A stretch of DNA of 62,636 nt, the filler included, from Asterionella formosa (taxonomy: Eukaryota), in NCBI GenBank assembly GCA_002256025.1. It is 17 parts of 17 records of this genome, joined end to end, with 100 filler letters (N's around TTAATTAATTAA, not from the genome) between each part and the next. Parts side by side here need not be neighbours in the genome. Positions count along the whole stretch, not along the records: positions 48,041 to 51,616 come from NKIB01014042.1; positions 51,717 to 55,290 come from NKIB01014043.1; positions 55,391 to 58,964 come from NKIB01014044.1; positions 59,065 to 62,636 come from NKIB01014045.1; 13 more parts are not named here. One strand, given 5' to 3'. Below, piece after piece: positions 51,020 through 62,636 of the stretch; within the stretch, counting starts at the first letter, position 1, and each line of letters opens with the position of its first letter. The position numbers and the translations under genes are program-made. Below the pieces are notes generated by a model that did not search any database, was not told the origin of the DNA, and was given only the letters and a program-made list of their open reading frames with translations.

Positions 51020-51616
51020 GTAGTCATGTTACATTGAAACAATGACACGCAATTCCATCGTATCCTCTTGCTTCACTTACCACAAATCAATGCAACTGAT
51101 GCATAAGTCTGTTATAGTAACTTGTCAGTAAGCCAAATTCTTGAATAAGTAATTTTCGGGTATCCAATGTTGTCGAATAAAACTTACCGGTTCATTTTTG
51201 TCATCTTAACTTTGAGAGAAGGTAAACGTTTTGTCAGTTTTGTTCCAACAGAAGTGAATAGGTCCAACGAGTGACAAGAGCACTTACGCAATTTGGTTTT
51301 GTTTAACATTGGTGCTCCCCAACAAGCGAAATGAGCTGTTGAATCAACTGAGAAAAAAGGAAATGTGGCTGCATTTAGTTAACAATTTGTTGTTGTGCTG
51401 CCTGTCTCCCAACGATTGTCATCCAAGTACCACATTGATAACTTCATTACCTTAAACATTCTCCATCCTTCAAAGGCGCAATGTGTCGAAGTCACAATGT
51501 TTTTCGTTATGTATTGCAAAAAATTTCTTTTCTTGTCATGTGCTTTACTACGACGTATCTTTTCATGAAGCAGCAGGCATTGTTTGTTAACATGACAGAA
51601 CGATTTGAAAAATATA
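51020..51616 (-). pseudogene. Decayed Ulp1/C48-like protease relic
   Basis: LKDGECL..EVINV near 51430-51475 and VKQEDT/WNC.V near 51045-51078 are in the order expected for C48. Frameshifts are needed to join them. Confidence 0.4.
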
Positions 51617-53789
51617 NNNNNNNNNNNNNNNNNNNNNNNNNNNNNNNNNNNNNNNNNNNNTTAATTAATTAANNNNNNNNNNNNNNNNNNNNNNNNNNNN
51701 NNNNNNNNNNNNNNNNATGACAATGTCAAGTCAATACCTTTCTATGCTGAACAGGACAATGTGCACAAGCAATATCTGGGCCCAAATGATAGGGACAGTG
51801 ATGACCAAATGAGAACCAGTAGAAGGGTAATAACTGGTACTCCTGGACTGGTACTCCGTACCAGGTACTCTAGCTTAAGTCTGCTACTCTTGGTACCCTG
51901 GTATGCCAAAGGACCGATAATCACACATAGTGAAAGGTCCAGTGATTTGATACGCGCGTTGCTTTGTTTTTCCACTTTTCCCCTCCCCACCATATACTGC
52001 TGAAGGTAAGACATGACCAAGGGTGAAGACTGCCTGCGAGTTTTCTTGTGTTTGAGGCTTGGGAGGCATGATTAGGTTGACCGAATGAGTGGCACTGGAT
52101 CCTCTCGAGTAGGTTCTTAACTAGGCAATTCACAAACCTAGCTATCAGCGCGCTTTTCGCCACTACATTGCCCTTTCAAATAACATTGAAAAACCTATTT
52201 TAGATAGTTTGTAAATTTTAGGGCGTTGTAAATTTTAGGCGAACTAGCCAATTTCCCTTAAAATAAAACATATAATGTATAGTTCTTATGTTCAGTTTTT
52301 GGAATTCGCAATCCTGCAATTGCACTTCATAGAAACACAATTTTACAATTCACGAAAATATGCTCCATTTTGGGACTGCCAAACTCCCTTCAATATTTTC
52401 AATAGCCCATAGATTTGCCTGCCAAAATGGACTTCCGTTTATTTAAGGGAAATGAATTCCTGTTATCTATTGCCCCCTGTGGACTGCCATTTACTTAAGG
52501 AAAATGGATTGCCGAAATTGTAAGAGAGTAGGATGAGCTACGAAAAGGCACAAAATGATGGTTTTCTGTAAAGTGTTGATGGCAATTCCACTATTTACAT
52601 CCCTGCTATCTTCCAGCATGCTACAATTTATACAAACTCTGTTCATTGATGTCTCAAGTAGTACCAATGCTTCATCAAGTGGATCTGGCTGGTTGTCGGA
52701 TAATTTGACTTCTTATGGGATTCATATTGTCGCATTGTGCTTGCTTTGTCACAGTGGCGCCAAAATTTCGGTTCTCCTTTCTGTTGAATTACAAAAGCCT
52801 TTCCGGTCAACTCCTTCTCTAGATTTGATATGTAGTGATTAATCAATTAATGACTGTTCAAAACCGACCTTGATCAGTCATTGGGTATCAAAAATCAAAA
52901 TGTCATGGTAGGTCGAAGTTAGTCCACCATACCAGGGGTACCTTGCCAGCGCCACACACACAATAAATATTCATTTTTACTGGTTGTTTTTATTGGTCCG
53001 TGCGTCTCATCGTATATTTCCATCAAGCACACTGTGTTGTTCTGTGGTTTTTTGGTTTGGGTGTTTCTGTGGTTTGGTTTATGTAACGTACGCCGGCCTT
53101 TCTCCTCACAGTCACACTGACATGCGATACACTACACCAGTTCGGAGTACCACAGGAACCTCCAAGTTGCGGTAATTTTGCTGAAAGTGCTACGTACGTC
53201 GTCGTCCCGGCAATATGGTGATTCCACTTGCAAGTTGATACATGTGTATCTCTTTGACGGCCCTTTGATTAATCAACCGGCCGGCTTGTTGTTCCGAATT
53301 ATATTTAGATTAATCTTATTTTAAGCCTAAATATTGAGACCAATCTGTTTTGCTTATTATGCCATTTGCTTCCATTGATTTTGCTTAAAGTAGTTTTGAT
53401 TTAAGTAGAAATTTTGCTTAATGTGTGATGTCACCATTTCAACCCTTCACTGCCATCAGGGTCAATCTTAACAGAGATAAAAAAAAATGTTGCTTGGCCC
53501 AATTTTTTGCATCTCCCATATTCGGGTGATATGTTGCTTTCAGCAACACATTTTTTGTTGCTCCGAAATGTGTATTTGTGTGTATCGCTGCAGATACAGC
53601 GTTAAGCAACACTAATTTTATAAATTTAACAAATGTCATGTATTTAAATTAATCAAGAAAGACACCATATTTATCTCTAACGCCAACAACAGAAATGAAT
53701 TTTGGGAGGAGGTATTCTCAGCAGCAATTATTATTATCACTAGCTACTCATGGAATAGTGCTTTTCATCACCTGCAAACGACTTGCGCA

Positions 53790-55290
53790 ATGGCATCATT
53801 TGAATCTTCGGACAATGTAACTTACTCTGCAGCAAGTAAACAGGATGACCAGTGGGTTGCAAGTATCACTCCTGCTGATTTCTTCATTGACAAGGAAGGG
53901 TCTTTGACAACGATAAAGACATGATCATTCAACAGATATCGCTACAACAACTTCGTTGTATTTGCGTTCACTTTAAAATCGCCGGATACAGAAACAAAAC
54001 AAAGATGATAACAATCACACTCATTAAGAATTGGTTAAAGACTCTTGATATTCGAGATGTGATGGGGTACAACAAAAAGAAGTCATCAAAAGAACCAAAG
54101 AAGTATCTGAAAAGAAACAGCGCTCCCTTTACTCCTGAATCATCAACAAGGAAGTCTCCTCGCCTACTACTATCAAAGCAACTTTCTACTACCAGAGAAT
54201 ATATTGCCAATGACTCAAGTACAGATTCCGAATTATCTCCTTCCCAATTGTCTGCATTTACATCTCCAGTTCCTGCTGATATTTTATTGGATGACGATTC
54301 TGAAAGATCCCACCAGATTATTAAGAAAGAGGGACAACTTCCCAAGAATCAGAGGAAAAGAAATGCTGCAACTGCTCCCAAATATATTAAGAAGCATGGC
54401 ACATACTATCGAGTAATTAATGTCTTCTTCGATGAGAAACATCGGCAAAATGTTTTGTGTCTAGGCAATACACCAAGGAAATTTCCCCATAAAGCAGTTT
54501 GGGACAAGTTATTGGATACCTACATAGACATAGACGATGATACAGTTGGATCGATGGCATTCAAACACACGCAGTTTGAATACCACGGAATTTATGATAA
54601 CTATCCCCTCACTTTTGATATGTTGGATAGCAAACAATTTTCAGAGGTTATGGATTTTCGACATGCGCATTAAAAGATCTGTTTCAATAATAACAAAGTT
54701 TCTGGTCAACACAATAACTTTGACAATTTCACTCAAAACCGGCCTTATTGTTTGTACTATCATTTATGGCTTCAACAGATGCCACATTTCTGTGCCTATG
54801 CAGTACCAACAAGTTTAAGTGATGGTGTTGCTATGGACAGTCTTATTCACATTCCTGCAGAGGATGATGTTGCCAAGCTACCTGTTCAACGAAAAAAAGG
54901 TAGAAAATATGGCAGCAACGAGTTTGAAAACACACCCAAACAAGTGGTCAATGCGCTTATAGAACTTTCAAAAGCAAATGAGCGCCATACACAAATGACA
55001 CTTGCCTTTCAAAGTTCCAATGCAGAATTTTCTCGAGCAACTTTTCTTGTAAAACGAGAGAAGGAACTAATGGATGTTGTAAGTATGTACCGCGAAAAAT
55101 TAAAGGAAGCTCGAACTGAAGTAGCAAGCAATGAAGTGTCACAAAAATGTGATGGTTAAAGAGGAGTATCAAGAGAATGTCAGTTTTGTTGAATTTTTTG
55201 AAGCCAAAATTTTTGAAGCTATGGATGCACTGAACAAGAATTCTGTAGCTCTCATACAAACAGCTGAAGAAAATACATCTGATCATAATT
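53790..55290 (+). pseudogene. Degenerate transposon-associated ORF, possibly a PIF/Harbinger-type accessory protein
   Basis: Long near-continuous reading with one stop (54671-54673) and frameshifts. Motifs YYRVINVFF and SGQHNNFDNF...YCLYYHLWL...P recall stramenopile TE accessory ORFs (from memory, unverified). Confidence 0.4.
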
Positions 55291-57249
55291 NNNNNNNNNN
55301 NNNNNNNNNNNNNNNNNNNNNNNNNNNNNNNNNNTTAATTAATTAANNNNNNNNNNNNNNNNNNNNNNNNNNNNNNNNNNNNNNNNNNNNGCCAAAACCA
55401 TAAGCAAGGATCACAATCCAACCGTTGATACTACCACCATCAGGTACTACGTACCGTGCTACATTCGTTGGTAGTCTCTACCGTGATGATTCGGCTGTGA
55501 GGAATCACATCCTTTTTCCTTCTGGTACTTGACGATGATTGGCGCTTAAATATTATTCCCCATTTTGGCAGCTTGTGAGTGTAACCTCGTGTTTTATGTA
55601 CATGATACGAACATGTATATATTGCAATATCTATCCTATGTTCATATCTGAGTACATGCGATATACTGTGTGTGGTAAACGGAGTATCGCTCCCTTACGA
55701 CCGCCGTCAAAATTAATGTAATTACATATTTTGGAGTAGGTACCTGGTACTATTTACGAAATGTACCATCATCATGCATGAACGGAGTAGAAGCTGTTTT
55801 TATAAATATATAAATACTATTGAGCCAAGAATAAATCATATAGCGGTATGGCTGTTTACGACGATTTTTATTTACATGTGTGCTCGGAGTATGATATGCT
55901 AGTACATAGTTTTTATCATATTTGGACCATCATCACATTTAGGCTACTAAACGAATATAGAGATGAATACCGGTACTTTAAACCAGTAAGTAGGCAGGTG
56001 CGCCAAAGACTGGACTTGAGTCACTCCACACACAGACAGAGACAAACACACCCACAACCCTAAATGCACAACAACATGAATTCCTTGTGTAAAGGAAGTT
56101 GCAGCTCCACCCCATAGTTACAAATTAAGAGGTCTGTTTTTTTCCAAAACATATTTATGATGTACCTCAATCAACATATTACATACAACTAAATAAAAGA
56201 GTAAAGAGCATAATTAGCTTTCACCAACAATACTACAACCAGTCATTGGTTGAGCAACTTAGGGGTAGTAGGTTCTATCTTCAGATATGGTAAGAACCGC
56301 ATTTCTGGAGAGAAAGTGCAGATATGTATTGTAGATTCATAACTATCCCAGAAATAGTCAAAAAAGGGGCCATCAAGCTTTAAAAATATCAACAATACAT
56401 AACTGTATCGTTCACATATTGATTGATTTTACATACCACCGTATGCCCAATTTCGTCCTCACAACTACAATTCTCACTCTATCCTGTCTGCCGTTGCTCT
56501 ATTCGGGCTTGCAATAGGTAACGTTTGTCTTTCTTTCTTCCCATATTTTGCTGCTTGTTATGCTAGTTGAAGTGGACTGGTGAGTACAACACACAGTGAA
56601 ACACTGAATGTGGATTGTAGATCCTATTTATCGATGTTCCGATTTGATTGGTGCTTCCATGGTCCATTTTGATCGCTTCCATCGTTTTTTGTCATTCCCT
56701 TCTGTCGTTTTGTTTCGATTGTATCTATCTACGACATGTGAATCAATGTATTTATCAATGACTACTCTTTGAAGATGTGGTAGTATTGTGCCGCAAGATG
56801 TGGTATTGTGCCGTTGTTAATTGTATTTGTTGATTTGTATAGTCATTGACCATGATGTCAATGTTGCTGCCAAGCAATGCTTTTCTTGTACTAATGCGCT
56901 TTGCTACTTTTCTACTACGAGTTTGTATCGGGTCACATCATGGTCACTGCTCCTGGGACTGTAGATGATGTTGATACAACTGAGCTGTATGCCCTTGAAA
57001 ATTACTTCTAGATCATTTTCGATGGTGATCCAGACACCTTTTACTATGATGAAGGCGATTATTTACTTGAGGAGGCAGCAGAAGGTGAAGTGATGCCTTC
57101 AGAGCTTCTCAAACTTGGAAAGTGTGCGTACTACTGGCTGGCGCAGTTCTTGACACTGACAACATTGCCATCCCAGCTAGATTTGTTGATATTGGTGTTG
57201 ACAATGCCCCAGCATCTGAAAAGGTTTTTTCACAATGAAGTTGCAAAAA

Positions 57250-57810
57250 ATTTGTTTCACAATGAGTGGGATATGTCAGGAATTTGCAACAGGAGCCATT
57301 TGAATGAATCAAAGGCAGAGCATCCAATATATTCATCATTTCCAATTCATTTGAAGTCGACTGCCTTCCAGTTATTTTATTTAATCTATCCTTCGGAGCT
57401 CTGGAATGATTCAATTATGTTTATCATTGATCAAAAGGTTGAGGGCAAACCTGCAACACTCAGATGGATTGAAAAAATTATGGAATGAGAATGGTGGAGG
57501 GGAAAGTGTGCGCGGATCATGAATAACAGAAAAAAATAAGATTTACAGTGGTTTTCTACAACCACTATAAATTTTGGCATGCTGTGATTTGACAATCATA
57601 ATGCAATGAGCAAGGCATTCCCCAATAAGTTTGGAAGTGGAATGGGCGACAAAATGGTGTTCAAATAGAGTGTTATAATTTCTCCTTTCAGTCATGGCAG
57701 AAGATGCCATGCTTGCATATAAACAATTCTATAAGGAGGGAGGTTGATTGCATGCTCTGTTTTTGCAAGCTTGTTGCAGAGGCAATGGTATGTTATCATT
57801 ATAACAACGA
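57250..57810 (+). mobile_element. Internally deleted piggyBac-like transposase relic
   Basis: EWDMSGICNR...AFQLFYLIYP (N-terminal part) joined to FDNHN...PISLEVEWATKWCSNRV..FLLSV...AMLAYKQF (C-terminal catalytic region). Confidence 0.55.
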
Positions 57811-58902
57811 AGAAGACAAACAATCGCCTAGAAGGTCGTCAAGATTGACTAAAAAGGTTTAGCACATAGTTTTCCAACTACCCAGAGGAAAGAAATTTTT
57901 CGGGACAGAGGTTGTGGTTCTGACAGCTCCCAACCACCTCCAAAGTACATGTGTGGACTGGAAAATGATGACTTGGACATGTTGTATATGGTCAATGGGT
58001 ATGCTTCGATGTGTTGATTGTTGTTTACATCATTCCCTTCAAGTAGCATTGATTCCTTCCAGTCCAGACTGATCTGTGTCTGCAGAGTTCTTCATGTTGT
58101 GACTGACACATGACTAAATATTAGTAGTTCAAATTCCAATTCTTTGTCTTCAACATGTATAGCCCTTTTAATAAGGAGAAAAAGTACTATCCAACGATGT
58201 ATCAAAAGTTCGAGGAAAGTAATCATAAGGTTTTCAAATTGAGCCTCAAAGATAGGCTGAAATCATCCTAATGAGCCGGAAAGATTCCGATAAGATTTGA
58301 TTGATAATATTTTATGTTGAACAACCTATGGATTTTTACCGGATAGCCAACAGCTACCTGGTTGGTACAAGCCAGCAATAAAACCAACAGGGTGTGGAAT
58401 TAATTATGTAACACACATTAGTAGAATTGCCTGGTAAACATTTGGTCAACGTTTTTCTGTATCCGGCAACAATTGGGTTTGTCGTGATTTGCAATACAGT
58501 TGTTCATACCGTGTTTTCACTTTCCTTAACTACAAAGGAAAAACAGACTAATGCACCCCGGAAAATGCAAACGTTTGACTACAGCGAAGGTTGCATGTGC
58601 GTACACCTTGGTACTGGTAACATTCTTTGTGGTTCAGACTCAATCCGTACGAGCTACAGACGACCACGTACTTTAACATTATTCGACAGAGATATCGCCA
58701 TGATGATTACCACCACTGCCATCAGCAGCCGTTCAGCTCAGCCATCCGTGCATAGTACCTATGTATTAACAATTATACCGGTAGCATTGTGTATTTAGTC
58801 AAAAACTATAGGTATATCTGATGATTCATGTTATATTGAGTGGATAAAATACATTGGCTTTCATTGACGTCGTCTGCCTCAACATTGACTCAACAAATCC
58901 TC

Positions 58903-58964
58903 ATGATGTTCGCTGCTTCTTTCTGTCTCTCCCTCGCCGTCTCGGTTTCTGCCTTTACTTCCCC
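58903..58964 (+). CDS. 5' start of a plastid-targeted protein (cut by the contig end)
   Basis: MMFAASFCLSLAVSVSA-FTSP: a signal peptide with an ASAF-type cleavage motif. Confidence 0.7.
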
Positions 58965-61899
58965 NNNNNNNNNNNNNNNNNNNNNNNNNNNNNNNNNNNN
59001 NNNNNNNNTTAATTAATTAANNNNNNNNNNNNNNNNNNNNNNNNNNNNNNNNNNNNNNNNNNNNGGATTCCAAAAGGCCCCGGATAAATTTGAATTATCG
59101 ATGCAACTTATTAATATTGGACAGAGGGAGGCAGTAGGTCTAGTTGGAAGAGATTTCCGGTATAAAACAAATGTAGCAGTACCTACCGGTACGTACCGGT
59201 ATATTATCCGGACCGTAGATAGTACTACCGGTATACTCAATATAGTAGCCAGTAAAAATTGCGTTGTTCATTCTCCAGAAACAGACAACGTGGCACCGGA
59301 CAGGCGCAAAAATTTTCATGTGTACCAAAAAACGGCTTAAATTCAGCACGACTTGGCGATCTCCCAAACCGCAAATAAAACGACAAAGCAGCAAATGTCC
59401 ATACCGTAAAACATGGTGTCTCATATGCCTCTAGTTACCAATGACACAACAACTAATGGTTGCTTTGTTGTGCGTGGTTTCTAACAAGCCCTGTTCCACG
59501 AAGGATTCATATTTCTGTTCCATTTTAATGTGGTAGGCACTATTGCTATGAAGGTAAGTTGCAAAGTCATAAACAGTTTCTTAACAGAAATTTTCGACAA
59601 ATCTATGAACACACTTTTTTCAAAACACATTTTCCTGCAGTAATGTCAACAATGAGGGATAAATGAAGACTTGATTTTTCTCTGTTGAAAAGCTGGTTCG
59701 ATGGTGGATGTGATTGTTGTGGGAAGAGTTTCTTTCATTGTAGAAAACCAACAATTCTGTTTTTCCTTGTTGATTCTATTCCGACATCTCTTACCACCAA
59801 CTCCAGTTTCTTCTTTAAGAAAAACACCACTGGAGCACAGCATGTTGCTGTTGTTGATGCTATTGATGTGTTAAAATAAAGCACAGCAACGTTTAAAAAA
59901 GAATATAAAATCAAGTTGAATACATGCCACCTCAATTCTAAAAATACTTAACATGAATGAAAATAGTAAGTAAACTCATCGCTACTAGATTTCAATCGTT
60001 TGGAAGTTGGTTTGAAACCAGTGTACACTTCCTTTGGGTCCTTCTTTTCCAAGAGGGATCAAACCCCCTTCAAACAACAGTCAGGAACTTCGATTTGAAC
60101 GCCTTCTTTGCCAATGCTCAACCGAAAAATCTGATCAAAAACTTGAAAAGAAGTTTGCGGTCTCTTGATGGCGCAATATCTTGATCGTTCATTCTTGAGT
60201 CGACTTCATCCTATCAGCACTGACATTCAGAGCAACAAAAATCACAGCATTCACAGACTTCCGACTCTACAATTAACCGGTCTTGGTCTGTAGGACTACT
60301 ATTAGTATGACTGTTCTTGAATTTGGCCATCGCCGTTGTCATCATGATGATGTGACATTTCTCTATAATGTTTGTTTTTCGTTTCTTAATCATCAACCAA
60401 TGTTTGCCATGCTGTCGATCGTACTATTTAGAATCTATAAATTTCGCGATGAAGAATTTGTATAGTATACATATTTAGCAAATCAGAAGGAATGAGTCTT
60501 CATATTCTTGTCAATTTCGACGGGTTTAAATATTTCAAACGGAATCATGTCATTCAAAAATTATCTCTTAAAATTTCAAATCCCTAGGCAAAAATCAATG
60601 CATTGCTTAGGGTTGCCGAAAATCCCTGGAACTGTGAAAGTTTATGTACTAATTATGAATAACAATGATGCCATTTGAAATATTTGAATCAGTGGACGTT
60701 TGTGCCTACATACATAGTTTCCTTCTCGAATTCGCTATATATACATAAATAAATTCTTCATCACTCGAAGTATCTATAACCTTTACTCATATGAACAAAC
60801 ATGTCTACTATATGACATGGTGGCTCCGCAAATATTTGTTGATGATCCTGTAGAATACCCAAAAGACACAACACGACGGCCAATTCATCTACCGGTACAA
60901 GCACCGTTACCTTGTAGTATCCAGGTACTCCAGTACCAGGTACAGTACAGTGATAATACAAGATACAGCATGGTACTCCGAGTATAGGTGAACACGAGAG
61001 GAAATGTTACATGTGTATCCAATGTGGCAGGTGTGAGGTTGCAGGGCATCGCAAACCGGGCAAATCAAATAGACTAAGTAATTCACATTTGACCATTCAA
61101 AATATGTATAATTAAACTGGCAATCACGGTGGAATTTGTTGTACAGGAGATTTTACGACCAAAAATTGAATCACACAACTCCTATTCGGATAATGACTTT
61201 TCGTCACTAAGTGATTCTGATTCCGATACTTTGGCGACGGTTGAAAATGGCGATTTTGCTGATTTTTTGGAAGATGATTGCTCAACATTGGATGCGTCTA
61301 AAGGATAAATAAATACTTAGTTCAAATCTGGTCTATAGAGTCAGAAGTAAACTTCTGGCGAGAAGTGCAGAACGAAACTTTGTTTTTTAAACTGTGCCAA
61401 ATACTGCAAAACAAGGATACCAGTATTTTTTTCTTCCTATCATTGCCACTTTCATAGCTCCGTAGAGCAAAATCGAACAAAGTTGAAGGTCCTCTAATGC
61501 TAGTTTCTTCTTCATATGCTTGATGAGAAAAGCTGGTGGCAAGAAAAATAGGTGGCAAAAATGAAAATCGAAAAAACACCATAAAAATTTCAAACAAATT
61601 TGCCGACATTTAATCTTTTAAATCTTTCTATATGTATTGCAACTTGGAAATGTATCTTTGCGCAAGGCGCACATAAGGAAATCAACCCGGGGAAAATTGT
61701 GAGAGTCGAAATTGTCCTGGATAAATTTGAATTATCGATGTAAGCATTATTGGACCAAGGGACGAGGACCAGTATAAGTTACTCCGTACTCCGTGAACCA
61801 GCTACCACCGGTAATCTACCAGTGAATAGTTGCCTATTTCGGCTATGAATTATACCGTTACCGGTTCTCTTGTATCAGAAGCTAGTACATGCATATATA

Positions 61900-62320
61900 T
61901 GTTAAAGTGAGCTCATCTACGTAGTTAGGACTCGGAGTCAAACGAGTCAAACGATTCGAATGAGTCCACTTTGATGTACCAAGCTCTCATCAACCACACA
62001 TTATACTTTGCTACTCCGACTATAATGAGCCGGACAACATAAGCTATTTCGGAAGACCGATAGTTTGAAATGAATGATCATGGTTAAATACCTATGATCA
62101 GTAAGTGTGAGATAGACATGGGTCTATCTATGATTGTATGTTCCTAGAAATGCAAACAGCATTTGGAGAATAGTTCGTTTGTTTTGTTCAAACAGAACAA
62201 CCTAAACTAGATTAGTAAACTCACAATAAGAATATAGAAACGGAAAGAGAAACGAACGTCTCTATCTATAGTCTTCTTTGTCTAACGATATAGATCTATA
62301 CAAAAGGTAATACTTTAACA
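61900..62320 (+). mobile_element. Complete 421-bp 5' LTR of a Copia element
   Basis: TGTTAAAGT...ACTTTAACA (9-bp perfect inverted termini, TG...CA). Homologous to the LTR piece at 36290-36558. Confidence 0.9.
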
Positions 62321-62349
62321 CGTTTATAAACGGACTTAAGTGTTTTAAC

Positions 62350-62636
62350 ATGTCTACAGAAATGTCTGAAGAGAGCATGAGGCTCATCAAGTTTGATGGC
62401 AACGAAACGAACTGGTACCAGTGGAGCGTTAAAACGCTCGCTCTGGCGAAGGCAAGAGGATTCCGAACGATGTACTCCAAGAACCACAACCCGTGTTCTG
62501 ACGAAGAGTACGAAGTCGAGACAGACAAAGGAGTCAGGGCTATCTACGAGGCCAACGACAAGGCGTACCAGTTGCTCATCATGAGCTGCACCGGAATCGC
62601 CTTCGGACTCGTAAACCAAGCCAAAACGAAAACGTT
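62350..62636 (+). mobile_element. Copia gag N-terminus, open to the window end
   Basis: MSTEMSEESMRLIKFDGNETNWYQWSVKTLALAKARGF...YEANDKAYQLLIMSCTGIAFGLVNQAKTKT. Clear homologue of the 38070 gag, with no stops. Confidence 0.9.

Noticed and set aside
61020..61065. QCGRCEVAGHRK zinc-knuckle-like peptide
   Set aside because: Too short, with no supporting ORF.

Overview
This is eukaryotic nuclear DNA, most likely from a diatom, judged from ASAF-type bipartite plastid-targeting peptides, short GT-AG introns and CoDi-type Copia elements. It is not one locus. It consists of 17 unplaced contigs of 3609 down to 3572 bp, sorted by decreasing length and joined by an artificial N44-TTAATTAATTAA-N44 linker, so adjacency across linkers carries no biological meaning. 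Host genes seen: a TM-RING-H2 E3 ligase, a GT10 alpha-1,3-fucosyltransferase, a large LRR-ankyrin-kinase-ARM protein, a plastid-targeted 2Fe-2S protein convergent with a second plastid-targeted gene, a Cu/Zn-SOD-like C-terminus, a short conserved hypothetical protein and an orphan M3-peptidase fragment. Most of the rest is decayed transposons: Copia gag, pol and LTRs, two different tyrosine-recombinase (Crypton-like) relics, Tc1/IS630-like, hAT and piggyBac-like relics, Ulp1-bearing relics, a 1.56-kb TIR element and a 957-bp insertion with a 12-bp TSD. The most intriguing signals are three. First, two diverged Copia copies carry a perfect 12-bp palindrome with compensatory substitutions where the tRNA primer-binding site should be. 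Second, the LRR-ANK-kinase-ARM protein has recombining repeat arrays. Third, a YR-encoding element shares its end with a likely non-autonomous partner. All family assignments come from motif recognition by eye; no searches were run.
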